64,000 bases of DNA from the IMG/VR virus record IMGVR_UViG_3300035659_001474, positions 21,110-85,109 of that record. One strand, given 5' to 3'. The stretch's first letter is position 1, and each line of letters opens with the position of its first letter. Shown piece after piece: positions 15,441 to 25,230 of this stretch. A program made the translations under genes and the position numbers. The notes below the pieces were generated by a model. It searched no databases and was not told the DNA's origin. It saw nothing but the letters and a program-made list of their open reading frames with translations. This DNA is from a virus (Duplodnaviria > Heunggongvirae > Uroviricota > Caudoviricetes).

Positions 15441-16121
15441 ATGTCAACGCCTACTATCACTAGTCAAAGAGTTAGTCCGATTCTTGCTGGTAAGAACAAA
15501 GTAACCACAATCAACATGACACAGCTGTATGTTGATGATCCTGATTTCCCTGGAGGACTTGGTAAAGATTGGGTAATTGAAGCACAAGCAGGTGCACATT
15601 ATACTGTAGATCAAGATTCAGGTGTAGTAGAATCATTTGACTTGATGCCTACAGCAAATTACACAGGTTCATTGTCAGTGGCAGTGAAATTAAGCAGTGA
15701 TGGTGGTTCGACTTGGAGCTCGTGGTTTGGACTTAACATATTGGTTGTCGAAGTTCCTGTAATTTCAAATCAGACGAGCTTTCCGAAAGTGTATATTGGA
15801 TCTTACCTCACGATCACGCTTAACAATTTGATTGTTGTGACAAGTAAGATATATCCTCAGCAATTCACACTATTAGCTTCTACTGGTATAGGATACTCAG
15901 TAATTTCATCAACCAGTACGTCAGTGAAGATTTTAATTGAAGGTAATTTGTCAACTACTTCACGATCAATACCCGTTCGAGTAAATGATGGATCAATTTG
16001 GAGCGACGCCTACAATTATATCGTTAATGTTGTTGCAAAACCTGCGACTGGCAGACCTGCAGCAATGGGAGTTAGTATAACTGCACCGTCACCGTTTGAG
16101 CAGCCTTTTAGAAGAGTCTAA
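15441..16121 (+). CDS. hypothetical Ser/Thr-rich, beta-rich protein (possible structural or glycosylation-target protein)
   Basis: ORF track. It is the first gene of the plus-strand glycan cluster and is followed by a strong terminator. Confidence 0.4.
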   Translation: MSTPTITSQRVSPILAGKNKVTTINMTQLYVDDPDFPGGLGKDWVIEAQAGAHYTVDQDSGVVESFDLMPTANYTGSLSVAVKLSSDGGSTWSSWFGLNILVVEVPVISNQTSFPKVYIGSYLTITLNNLIVVTSKIYPQQFTLLASTGIGYSVISSTSTSVKILIEGNLSTTSRSIPVRVNDGSIWSDAYNYIVNVVAKPATGRPAAMGVSITAPSPFEQPFRRV

Positions 16122-16142
16122 ACTAATTCATAAATTTGAAAA

Positions 16143-16178
16143 AGCTGATGACATAGAATATGTTATCAGCTTTTTTTG
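16143..16178 (+). terminator. rho-independent terminator
   Basis: A 12-bp stem (AGCTGATGACAT/ATGTTATCAGCT) with loop agaat, followed by T7. Confidence 0.6.
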
Positions 16179-16190
16179 CTCTCTTAATAG

Positions 16191-17243
16191 ATGAAAATTA
16201 TGATACCGAAAAAAGTACTAATTGGTAATGATCCTTGGAGTACTGATTTACTAGATTTCATTAAATCTGGTCCTCATTATTTGACCGCGCAGCAATGGCA
16301 AGAAAATATTGACATACCTTTAGAATCTACTTTCTATTACAAATGGTTAATGTCAATGTTCATAGCTGACGGTGCTGTGTGGGGCGGAATATTGAAAAAT
16401 GAAGATGACATTGTGAAGCAATGTGCTAGATATAGAGCTATGTATTTGATAGCTCCTAAGTGGCAAGAGGAATATAGTACATGGCAAACTGATACGAATT
16501 CTGCACACTATTATGGATATAGACCTGCAAAAATTCATCGTAATGGTGCTATTGACATTTGGGACGGCATGCATAGAATAAGCTTATTGACTTTCAAGCA
16601 GTTGCCTATAGAAGTTACAATATGTGAGCGATTACCGGGATGGGCGGAACTATACAAAGAAATTGAAGATTTGTATCCTAATAAAATGCTATATCAGCCG
16701 ATACCACATCCTGACTTTAGTGATTGGGCCACAGCAATTGACGGCAACAAAGAACAAATTATTTGCGACTTCTTCAAACAAAATAAAATTGACAGTGTAT
16801 TAGATTTGGGTACTTGTCACGGTTTCACTCTTTACAAACTAAAAGATCTGATTAAGCACGGTATAGGCATTGAATCTGACAAAATTAGATTTCAAATAGC
16901 AAGTATACTGCTAAACAAAATAGGGTTTTCTTGTCATAATGCAAATGTAATAGACTACATTGAGACTAGTGAAAGTGTAGATTGCACGCTGTGTCTAGCA
17001 ATGCTGCATCATATATCGAGACTATGTCCTATAGAAGTGTTTGAAAAATTCTTGCAAACAGTAGCACAAAAGACTAAGTTTATAATCTATACATTGCCAA
17101 ATCCGAATGAAGATCAGTTCTCATGGATATATGAATCTAAAAGAGACAATTTTGACGAGTACATATTGCAATTGACAGGCTTCAAAACTAGAGAAGTAAT
17201 AGCTAGTTCTAGAGAAATTAGAATATTAGAAAAGAACCTATAA
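16191..17243 (+). CDS. protein with a C-terminal class-I SAM-dependent methyltransferase domain
   Basis: Motif I VLDLGTCHG and post-I GIESD. Confidence 0.55.
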   Translation: MKIMIPKKVLIGNDPWSTDLLDFIKSGPHYLTAQQWQENIDIPLESTFYYKWLMSMFIADGAVWGGILKNEDDIVKQCARYRAMYLIAPKWQEEYSTWQTDTNSAHYYGYRPAKIHRNGAIDIWDGMHRISLLTFKQLPIEVTICERLPGWAELYKEIEDLYPNKMLYQPIPHPDFSDWATAIDGNKEQIICDFFKQNKIDSVLDLGTCHGFTLYKLKDLIKHGIGIESDKIRFQIASILLNKIGFSCHNANVIDYIETSESVDCTLCLAMLHHISRLCPIEVFEKFLQTVAQKTKFIIYTLPNPNEDQFSWIYESKRDNFDEYILQLTGFKTREVIASSREIRILEKNL

Positions 17244-18055
17244 TGTACGGCGTAACATACGATCAAGAAAATAGTACATTAAGTCTTGACAAACATGATT
17301 GTGGTTTGTTATCTAATGCTAGTGTGACATTTAAGAGCCTGCTATCAATACACAAAGATGCGTCAAGACTTGTGAAAATATTATGGCCATATACGTCAGC
17401 TTGGAACAAACCTGACAGATTAAGTCGAAATGTTTATGATCTATATTTTACGACAGTTAACAGTGATATTAAGACAGGACAAGACATTTATTTTAATGCA
17501 ATGATTGGTGATTGTAATAAGTTTGATTTTAGTGCACTAAAGCCAATTAGAGATACATATTTCAATTTATCTAGTGAAGTAATAGCTAGACAAGAGTCAT
17601 TCATTCAAAAGTACCATATAGACTTTGATCGTACTATTGCAATTCTTTATAGAGGTACTGATAAAATTCTTGAAGTGCCAAGAGTACATCCAAAGTATTA
17701 TTTGAACCCAATCAGTCCGATTAAGGACATTTCAAATTATAGGGTACTTATACAGACAGATCAACAACAGGCATTAGACTATTTCAATCACGAGTTACCT
17801 AATTCGTTTCACATTGAAGAAATGCCGTTGACAAAAACAGATCAAGTGATGCATAATTTACAACGTGATACAAGAATGAGTAATTACGATTTGGGCGTCA
17901 ATTATTTGGCTGCGATTGCTATTTTGAGTAAGTGTAAGTATGTAGTTTATGATACTAATAATGCAGGATTATGGATATGTATTTTACGAGGTGACATTAA
18001 TAACATGTGTCAAATACATGCAAGCGTTAACACAATGAATAGATTTGAGTACTAA
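17243..18055 (+). CDS. hypothetical protein in the glycan cluster
   Basis: ORF track; its ATG overlaps the upstream stop. Confidence 0.4.
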   Translation: MYGVTYDQENSTLSLDKHDCGLLSNASVTFKSLLSIHKDASRLVKILWPYTSAWNKPDRLSRNVYDLYFTTVNSDIKTGQDIYFNAMIGDCNKFDFSALKPIRDTYFNLSSEVIARQESFIQKYHIDFDRTIAILYRGTDKILEVPRVHPKYYLNPISPIKDISNYRVLIQTDQQQALDYFNHELPNSFHIEEMPLTKTDQVMHNLQRDTRMSNYDLGVNYLAAIAILSKCKYVVYDTNNAGLWICILRGDINNMCQIHASVNTMNRFEY

Positions 18056-18066
18056 AAGAAAAAATC

Positions 18067-18645
18067 ATGAACAGAACAGACATCATCAACTTCTATACTA
18101 GCAAAAAACAAAACTGTCGTTATCTTGAAATAGGCATTGGAAACGCATCTGCCAATTTCAATAAAATCTTTGCTGCCGTAAAAGACGCAGTAGACCCTGT
18201 CAATCCCTGTAATCATCTTATGAGTTCTGATGCATTTTTCTCAAGTAATACTCAACAGTATGACGTCATTTTTATAGACGGTGATCACAAAGCAGCTCAG
18301 GTCATCAAAGACATTTCAAATTCACTAAAATGTTTGAGTGCTGATGGAATTATACTTTTGCATGATTGTAATCCTGAATTAGAAGTTCATCAAACAGAAA
18401 GTATTACCGTATCTCATTGGAATGGATCAGTTTGGAAAGCAATACTATTTTATAGAATGCTTGATCCTAATTTATCAATCTACACTGTTGATATAGATGA
18501 AGGTATTGGCATAATAAAGCGCGGACAACAAGAGCTATTTGAGTGTAGCGAAACAATGTTTGACTTTGCTTTTCTTTGCAAATATAGACAGAAAATACTC
18601 AATTTGCTAACCGTGCATGAGTGGCAATTGATGGAGCGACAATGA
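18067..18645 (+). CDS. class-I SAM-dependent O-methyltransferase (CmcI/TylF-like)
   Basis: YLEIGIGNASAN followed by DVIFIDGDH and ILLHDC. Confidence 0.55.
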   Translation: MNRTDIINFYTSKKQNCRYLEIGIGNASANFNKIFAAVKDAVDPVNPCNHLMSSDAFFSSNTQQYDVIFIDGDHKAAQVIKDISNSLKCLSADGIILLHDCNPELEVHQTESITVSHWNGSVWKAILFYRMLDPNLSIYTVDIDEGIGIIKRGQQELFECSETMFDFAFLCKYRQKILNLLTVHEWQLMERQ

Positions 18646-19571
18646 TCTATACTATGTCTTATTGGCATTGGTACAAGTACTGTAGTATTCAAGTTAAAAA
18701 TATTACAGTTGACGTTGAACCAAGCAAAGATGACTGGTTCGTTGTATTTCAGCCTTATGATGCTGCTCGTAGAGAACTAGTGTCGACTGTTATTGATAGA
18801 TTTGATTACTCTAAAAGAGTGCTGATTCATTATGAGGGTCGATATCGACAGCCTCACGGATTTAGACTAAGATATCAGCAAAAGTTTGGAAGAATCTATA
18901 CTTACAATTCAACTGATGTCGACGGTGACACTGTCAAGTACATGCCAATACCACTATGGATTACTGAAGAAGAATGCTACCCAACCGGCAATCGATCAAA
19001 ATTCATTGGTACTGTCATAACTAACTATTTCCGAGACGGTGAGCCAAGAAATACAATAATAAACAAATTCAAAAACTTAGGTATGGACGTTTACGGAAAT
19101 TCAGATAAACCTGTGCCATTAGACATTAAACAGCAATCTAGTGATACTAACTTACCTAGATATTCTGCTAAAGTGAAATTGCTATCAGACTACACGTTTG
19201 CTTTTACTATAGAAGGTCAATTAGACTTAGGTCACTTGACTGAAAAACCATTTGACTTGATAGCAGCAGGCTGTATACCTGTTTATTTAGGGCCAAAAGA
19301 TGCATCAACGTTTATTCCTAAAGATTGCTATATTGATTATAGAGATTTCTGGTCTGAAGCTGATCTAATGAAATATCTTAAAAGTATGTCACAGCAAAAA
19401 ATTCAAGAGTATCAGCAGTCAATTGCAAAACATCAAAAAGTTTTAGTAGGCATGAGAACCTTTGAATCATGCATGAGATTTCTATGTAAAGATTTGGGTT
19501 TTGACTGTCAATCACCTTATCATGATCAAATACTAGAACTATCAAATATACTTGCAACAAGGACAAAATAA
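18621..19571 (+). CDS. GT10-like (alpha-1,3-fucosyltransferase-like) glycosyltransferase
   Basis: YTFAFTIEGQLDLGHLTEKPFDLIAAGCIPVYLGP resembles the GT10 motif FxLAFENS..GYVTEK...IPVV.G. Confidence 0.45.
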   Translation: MAIDGATMIYTMSYWHWYKYCSIQVKNITVDVEPSKDDWFVVFQPYDAARRELVSTVIDRFDYSKRVLIHYEGRYRQPHGFRLRYQQKFGRIYTYNSTDVDGDTVKYMPIPLWITEEECYPTGNRSKFIGTVITNYFRDGEPRNTIINKFKNLGMDVYGNSDKPVPLDIKQQSSDTNLPRYSAKVKLLSDYTFAFTIEGQLDLGHLTEKPFDLIAAGCIPVYLGPKDASTFIPKDCYIDYRDFWSEADLMKYLKSMSQQKIQEYQQSIAKHQKVLVGMRTFESCMRFLCKDLGFDCQSPYHDQILELSNILATRTK

Positions 19572-20101
19572 TGAAGTTGCATTTAGGTTGCGGCAAACGA
19601 TATATTCCTGGCTATACGCACATTGACGTTATAGAATATCCTCACATTGATATAGTGAATAGTGTTGATCGTCTACCAATGATTGAAGATGAATCATGTG
19701 ATGTAGTTTATAGTTGTCATGTATTAGAGCACTTTCACAAAAAAGTCATTATAGATGTTCTTCATGAATGGTTAAGAGTACTAAAAGTAAATGGTACATT
19801 GAGAATATCTGTACCTGATATGCAAAGTCTACTTAAAGTGTATGAGAAAACAGATGATCTTTCATTAATACTCGGTCCTATATTTGGCAGGTGCAATTAC
19901 CTATACAATTTTCATTACACAGGATTTGACTTTAAGTCTTTGAAACATGTACTTGAATTAGCAGGTGCTAAAGATGTTAGGCGTTATGACTGGAGACTAA
20001 CAGAACATGCAGACGTTGATGACTACAGTCAAGCATATATTCCGCAAGATAAAATAAACGGGACTCTTATTAGCTTAAATGTAGAAGCGACAAAAGTATG
20101 A
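19571..20101 (+). CDS. class-I SAM-dependent methyltransferase
   Basis: MKLHLGCGKRYIPGY followed by VVYSCHVLEHF. Confidence 0.55.
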   Translation: MKLHLGCGKRYIPGYTHIDVIEYPHIDIVNSVDRLPMIEDESCDVVYSCHVLEHFHKKVIIDVLHEWLRVLKVNGTLRISVPDMQSLLKVYEKTDDLSLILGPIFGRCNYLYNFHYTGFDFKSLKHVLELAGAKDVRRYDWRLTEHADVDDYSQAYIPQDKINGTLISLNVEATKV

Positions 20102-23100
20102 GTGTATTTTTATCTGACTTAACAGTCTTTGTCATAAGTAGTGGTCACAATCCTTGCTATGATGCATGCTTGCAGTCATTAAACTCTCAAACAGTTTCAT
20201 TTAAGATTGAAATTATCAAAGATGTTCATCCGATGTCAAAGGCCTTTCAATGTATGATCGATTCTTGCAAAACTCGATACTATATTGAAATTGATGAAGA
20301 TATGGTCATGAACGCAAATGGTATTGAAATCCTACACAAGTATGCTATTCAATCTGCACCAATGACAGCTATGATTGCCTGTAAATTGATTGATGTGCAT
20401 TTGAATTTTGAAATTTATGGTGTCAAGATTTACAAGCATGACATACTTAAGAGATATCCATACGATTTGTCCTCAATGTCATGTGAAGTTGAACAAATTG
20501 ACAGAATGAAAAATGATCAATATAAAGTCGCATTAATGACTGATGTAGTCGGTCAACATGCGCCTTATTGGTCTAATGAAGGAATATTTGATAGATATCG
20601 CAATTTACTTGACAAATTCAAACAGTTTAGATATCCCTGGACAGGCGATCTACCTGCAAAATTGTGGTCAATGTTGAAAACTCAGCCAACTGAGCAGAAC
20701 ATGTATGCTTTACTTGGTGCATATACTAGTTTGATCACAGAAACTGTTCAAGTAGGAGAGAAAGACTTTAGAAATAGAAATGCGCCATTTGAAACAATGA
20801 GAAGCTTCATGAATCCTCCTGTTAGTGCGAACTTGTATCTAACATCAAAATGTAATTTCAATTGCAAGTTTTGTTATCGTAATTCTCAATTAATTGAACA
20901 GTCTATTGACATGACGCTAAAAAGCGTTAGTGACTTGTTAATAAGATATCCGTCAATTAGAGGCGTTTGTTGTGCTGGCTATGGAGAACCATTTTTATGC
21001 GATAGTCTTTTTGACATCATATCATTTCTAAAGTCAAAAAATAAAGTTGTCGGACTAATAACAAACGGATCACTAATAGTTGAAAACATCAATAGTTTGT
21101 TAGCAAACAGACCGGACTATATATCTATTAGCTTGAATGCGTCTAATGCAAAAATACATAGCGAAATAAACAAGTCATTTACGTTCGATACTGTACTACA
21201 AGGTATAAGACTCTGCGTAAGCAGTGGATTACCTACCTACTGTTCGTACGTATGCACCAAAAGCAATTTACAGTATATTCCTGAATTTTTGAAATTAGTA
21301 GACTCTTTAGGTGTAAAAACTGTGCACTTACTAAATTTGTTGCCACACTTAGCAAGTGACTATGACGACAAATCATTTTGGCAAGAAGTATTGACGAATG
21401 ATGACAGACGCAAAATTGATGCATTACAAGAACTTCCTGAAGCTCATTTAATCAAGCTGTACCCGACGCTAATAAATCGTAACGAAATTCAATGTAATTG
21501 TCAAATACCATGGACTACAATAGGTATAAACGGTAATGAAAGCGTGACATTCTGTGGATCAGTTTATGCGCCAGATAGAGCTAATGGGTCACTTAAGAAT
21601 TTTGAAAATGTTTGGTTAAATAAGAGTGCTAGAGAATTAAGAACTAATTTATGTGATGTCAATACGATGACTGACACGTGTAAAATGTGTTTTAGAAATT
21701 GCAACTCGTATAATCCACCAGCAAAACAAATAGTGTCACAACCTAAGCAAATTCCAAAAAAGCTTAAAGTTTGTAAAATTATTGATCAATTTGGTTGGGC
21801 CTATTACTTTGTTGCGAAAGAACAGCAATTATATTCTTCGCATGACATCACGTACAAACGACTGTTAGATGTCACTGACATCGATGCAGACATAGTATAC
21901 ATTCATGCACCAAATATTGATCACGCTAAAATCAATAGTCTTGTTTCATCATTAAAGCAAAAAGGTATCAAAGTTATTGGTGGTTATGGCGGAGAATCAA
22001 AACTAAAATATGACACTAATCCGGATCTTATAGTATCAATATCGATGAGACATATTGACTGCTTGAACAATATGTACCCCAATAAACCTGTTGTGTTCCT
22101 GCCAGAATCAATTGACACCAGCTTCTTTACTGCAGCTGTAAAAGATGACAATAATTTTATAGTTGGCTGGGCAGGCTGCTTGCGCGATGTAAAACGACCT
22201 CACTTACTAGACAAACTAAAATTCAACGTTGTTAAGAAAAATGACTGGGGCAAGCAGTTTTTCTCTGATGGTAGATTACTAGACGACATGAAGTCATTTT
22301 ATCATTCAATTGATGTACTAGTATTGACAAGTATTAGCGAATGTATGCCAAGAGTAGTATTAGAGGCTATGTCATGTGGATTGCCTGTAGTTTCTACAAG
22401 AGTTGGTTGTATTGGAATGCTACTGGACAAAGACTGGATTGTAAGTGTATTACCTGAAGAAAATGTTATTTCAGAAATGAATCATAAACTTTCATTGCTA
22501 AGTAATAGTAAGTCACTACGACAAGAAGTAGGCAAAAGAAACAGACAACACATTTTGAAGTTTTTTAGTTGGGCAGCTAATCAAAAATTATGGGATAGAA
22601 CATTTGAACTAGTTATGCAAAACAGATTCAAAGATATAGCAGTTCTTAGTGATGAATTTATACAGTCATTACCAAATTCAAACGAATTGCAATTCAATAA
22701 TTTGGACATGCAGACCGAACAAACTAATTTTCCAGAATTAATTCAATGTGAATTAGTCAAATGCGAACCGGTCTTACAGCAACCTAAATTAGAACCTGCA
22801 TCTAATGTAGAATTAGTAAAAATTGAAACTCGTCTTGAACCATCTAAATTCAAAAAACCAGTATTCATATCCTACTACACGAAAAATACGGGTTATGAAA
22901 ACGAATATAAAAAATTGGAATCATCATTAAAACGATTCAGTCTAGATTATGAAATAGTTGGCATTGATTCACAAGGCAGTTGGTTCAACAATTGCTTCTA
23001 TCGCACAACATTTGTCAAAGACATGCTAAACAAACATGGTCGACCTGTAGTATGGGTTGACTGCGATGCAATAATACAACAAGATCCACAGTTACTTTCT

Positions 23101-23424
23101 ACATTAAGCGAGTTTGACTTTGCATTCCACCCAAGAGTTAGATCAAATGGTAGTACTGAACTTCTCGGCGGTACAATGTATTTTAATTGTACTGTCGGTG
23201 CACTAAAGTTGCTAGCTAAATGGACTGAATTAGTAAATGCAGATAGAACAAAATATCGACTCGATCAATCTTATTTGCATGAAGCAGTCAGTACCTTACA
23301 TTCACTGAAAGTTTATTATTTACCAGCCACTTATTGTCAAATATTTGACCTAATGAAAGATGCTGGTAAGCCTGTCATAGAGCACTTTCAGGCGTCAAGA
23401 AAATACAAGCAACATGTTAAATAA
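20098..23424 (+). CDS. 1108-aa multidomain glycan-modifying protein: a GT2-like N-terminus, a radical SAM/SPASM-like domain, a GT4 (Glycos_transf_1) domain and a C-terminal nucleotide-sugar transferase-like domain
   Basis: VISSGHNPCY (GT-A-like); LYLTSKCNFNCKFC (CxxxCxxC) with downstream Cys clusters; ECMPRVVLEAMSCGLPVVSTRVG (GT4 E-x7-E); VVWVDCDAII (DxD). Confidence 0.6.
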   Translation: MSVFLSDLTVFVISSGHNPCYDACLQSLNSQTVSFKIEIIKDVHPMSKAFQCMIDSCKTRYYIEIDEDMVMNANGIEILHKYAIQSAPMTAMIACKLIDVHLNFEIYGVKIYKHDILKRYPYDLSSMSCEVEQIDRMKNDQYKVALMTDVVGQHAPYWSNEGIFDRYRNLLDKFKQFRYPWTGDLPAKLWSMLKTQPTEQNMYALLGAYTSLITETVQVGEKDFRNRNAPFETMRSFMNPPVSANLYLTSKCNFNCKFCYRNSQLIEQSIDMTLKSVSDLLIRYPSIRGVCCAGYGEPFLCDSLFDIISFLKSKNKVVGLITNGSLIVENINSLLANRPDYISISLNASNAKIHSEINKSFTFDTVLQGIRLCVSSGLPTYCSYVCTKSNLQYIPEFLKLVDSLGVKTVHLLNLLPHLASDYDDKSFWQEVLTNDDRRKIDALQELPEAHLIKLYPTLINRNEIQCNCQIPWTTIGINGNESVTFCGSVYAPDRANGSLKNFENVWLNKSARELRTNLCDVNTMTDTCKMCFRNCNSYNPPAKQIVSQPKQIPKKLKVCKIIDQFGWAYYFVAKEQQLYSSHDITYKRLLDVTDIDADIVYIHAPNIDHAKINSLVSSLKQKGIKVIGGYGGESKLKYDTNPDLIVSISMRHIDCLNNMYPNKPVVFLPESIDTSFFTAAVKDDNNFIVGWAGCLRDVKRPHLLDKLKFNVVKKNDWGKQFFSDGRLLDDMKSFYHSIDVLVLTSISECMPRVVLEAMSCGLPVVSTRVGCIGMLLDKDWIVSVLPEENVISEMNHKLSLLSNSKSLRQEVGKRNRQHILKFFSWAANQKLWDRTFELVMQNRFKDIAVLSDEFIQSLPNSNELQFNNLDMQTEQTNFPELIQCELVKCEPVLQQPKLEPASNVELVKIETRLEPSKFKKPVFISYYTKNTGYENEYKKLESSLKRFSLDYEIVGIDSQGSWFNNCFYRTTFVKDMLNKHGRPVVWVDCDAIIQQDPQLLSTLSEFDFAFHPRVRSNGSTELLGGTMYFNCTVGALKLLAKWTELVNADRTKYRLDQSYLHEAVSTLHSLKVYYLPATYCQIFDLMKDAGKPVIEHFQASRKYKQHVK

Positions 23425-24043
23425 TAGATTAGTGATCATTGGTGGCGGATCAAGTATAAAAGAATTTGACTTAGCTAAGCTTGATCATGAATTCACATTC
23501 GGTTTGAATTTTGTTTGCCACTATTATGAACCCACAGCATTAATATGGATCGATCGCAATTTCTACAACCAAAACCAACAAGCTATAGACAAACTCAGGT
23601 GTGTGAAAATCACAAGAGATAGCCGTGATGTGCCAACAGATGTATTCAAATTAATGTCTGCAAAACAATATCATGGTTTAGATGGATTAACATCTGGTCT
23701 GTACCATCCGTATTTAGTCGGACTATTCTCGTTGTCATTGGGAATAGCACTTAAATTCAAAGAGATTTATTTACTTGGATTTGATGGACGATTTATGAAT
23801 GACAACAGTCATTTCCACGATATAAAGTATCGTGGTACAGAAGATGAAGATGTTTACATTCGTGGCAATAAATACTTCGATGTCTATAAAGATTGTGAAT
23901 CTAAGATCTACAATGTTTCACCTGATTCAGCGATTCATACATTCACTAAAATCACATACAATGACTTTTGCAAAACAATTGATAATGACGATATTGATCA
24001 AATAGATGCAAGAAAATGGCTTGTTAAATCTTTGACAATTTAA
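23414..24043 (+). CDS. GT42/CstII-like (sialyltransferase-like, DUF115) glycosyltransferase
   Basis: LVIIGGGSSIKEFDLAKL and YHPYLVGLFSLSLGIALKFKEIYLLGFDGRF..NDNSHF parallel Campylobacter CstII (VIIAGNGPSLKEID; GVYMCAVAIALGYKEIYLSGID..NDNSHY). Confidence 0.5.
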   Translation: MLNNRLVIIGGGSSIKEFDLAKLDHEFTFGLNFVCHYYEPTALIWIDRNFYNQNQQAIDKLRCVKITRDSRDVPTDVFKLMSAKQYHGLDGLTSGLYHPYLVGLFSLSLGIALKFKEIYLLGFDGRFMNDNSHFHDIKYRGTEDEDVYIRGNKYFDVYKDCESKIYNVSPDSAIHTFTKITYNDFCKTIDNDDIDQIDARKWLVKSLTI

Positions 24044-24294
24044 GTGATTATTTTCTTGCAATGGAATTCAAGCATCAAATACTTGATTAATTTTCAAAGG
24101 AGCTTCGTATGTAGTACTTCATCTTTTTTTTAATATTGATAAACTAATTAAAGAAGTATTGGCGCGCAGAGGTCGTCGTAGCTGACCCTCACAATTTCGA
24201 TAGCAGAAGTAATCGTTGATAGCGCGCTTTCGGCTCGGCAAAACCAGCCAATTATTAGATGTTATAGTTGTTTGAAAATTGGACGTTATGAAAA

Positions 24295-24329
24295 AGGGTC
24301 GGCGAGACTCCATTCGCCGGCCCTTTTTA
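24295..24329. terminator. bidirectional rho-independent terminator at the convergent junction
   Basis: aaaaAGGGTCGGCGA-gactccat-TCGCCGGCCCTttttt, an 11-bp stem with one G·U pair and an A/T tract on both sides. It overlaps the stop of the 24327..25031 gene. Confidence 0.7.
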
Positions 24330-25031
24330 ATGAATAGCGTTTTTGTAGAGAGACGAAAGATTGTCTTCGAGACCACACTTGTTACACGACATGTGTAGCG
24401 TATTTTGTAGCAACTCATCAAAAGAAGAGTCAATAGTACCTATCTTGTGACAAAAGCGTGACTCACCTGCAACAATATTACCATGAATATCAATTGACGG
24501 TGAGCAAATTTTACCCTTCATTCTTAAGAGCATCACGGCTTTTGAAAAGTCTTTCAAAGTCTTACAAGCACTTCTAAGATTGAAACACAATGGTGACATT
24601 CGACCAGCAGGCTCATTCAAATTTCTTGCTCGTCCAATGGGACTAAGAAGATTGATTTTATCAGCAAATAGTACTCGAGGATGATTGATAGGTTCTACTT
24701 TCAGTGGATAATACTTTGGATCATTATAGACTTGAATTGGAATATTGTATGCTAGAATCATTTCTCGAGTCTTAGTATCAGACCAGAATAAGCCGTTGCT
24801 TAAAAGAATAGCATTCCAGTCTTTCAATTCATTCAAAATCTGTTGAATTTGTGGATGATCAGTAGGTTCACCGCCACTTACTAATATAATACGTCGACCA
24901 CTGTATATATGCTCTATGAAAACGAGTGTCTTTCTAAACGTTTCAAGAGACATATGTTCACCGACAGATTTTGCATCTTCCATGCAATGGCTGCAACTCA
25001 TTTGACATTGTGTGGTGATTTTAACCAGCAT
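24327..25031 (-). CDS. radical SAM domain protein
   Basis: TQCQMSCSHC (CxxxCxxC), LVSGGEPT, and C-terminal Cys clusters. Confidence 0.65.
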   Translation of the reverse strand: MLVKITTQCQMSCSHCMEDAKSVGEHMSLETFRKTLVFIEHIYSGRRIILVSGGEPTDHPQIQQILNELKDWNAILLSNGLFWSDTKTREMILAYNIPIQVYNDPKYYPLKVEPINHPRVLFADKINLLSPIGRARNLNEPAGRMSPLCFNLRSACKTLKDFSKAVMLLRMKGKICSPSIDIHGNIVAGESRFCHKIGTIDSSFDELLQNTLHMSCNKCGLEDNLSSLYKNAIH

Positions 25032-25230
25032 TTCTTACTCGATCACAATGATTCAAAAACTTCTTGAGAATGTCTACATTTTGTTTACGTTTGTTATTCT
25101 CATAATAAGACAATAGCGGTTCTGACTCTCCAATAGCAATAGCAATGTCTGCTAAAGTTAAGTTCAAAGATTGACGCATAGTCTTCATTTGTTGACCTAT
25201 ATCACCACGAATGTCGATTTGAATTTTCAT
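25021..25230 (-). CDS. XRE-family helix-turn-helix transcriptional regulator
   Basis: MRQSLNLTLADIAIAIGESEPLLSYYENNKRK matches an HTH_3 pattern. Confidence 0.5.
   Translation of the reverse strand: MKIQIDIRGDIGQQMKTMRQSLNLTLADIAIAIGESEPLLSYYENNKRKQNVDILKKFLNHCDRVRNAG

Noticed and set aside
24119-24433. A 104-aa minus-strand ORF spanning the convergent intergenic region
   Set aside because: It overlaps the bidirectional terminator hairpin and the GC-rich palindrome and has no Shine-Dalgarno site, so it is most likely non-coding.
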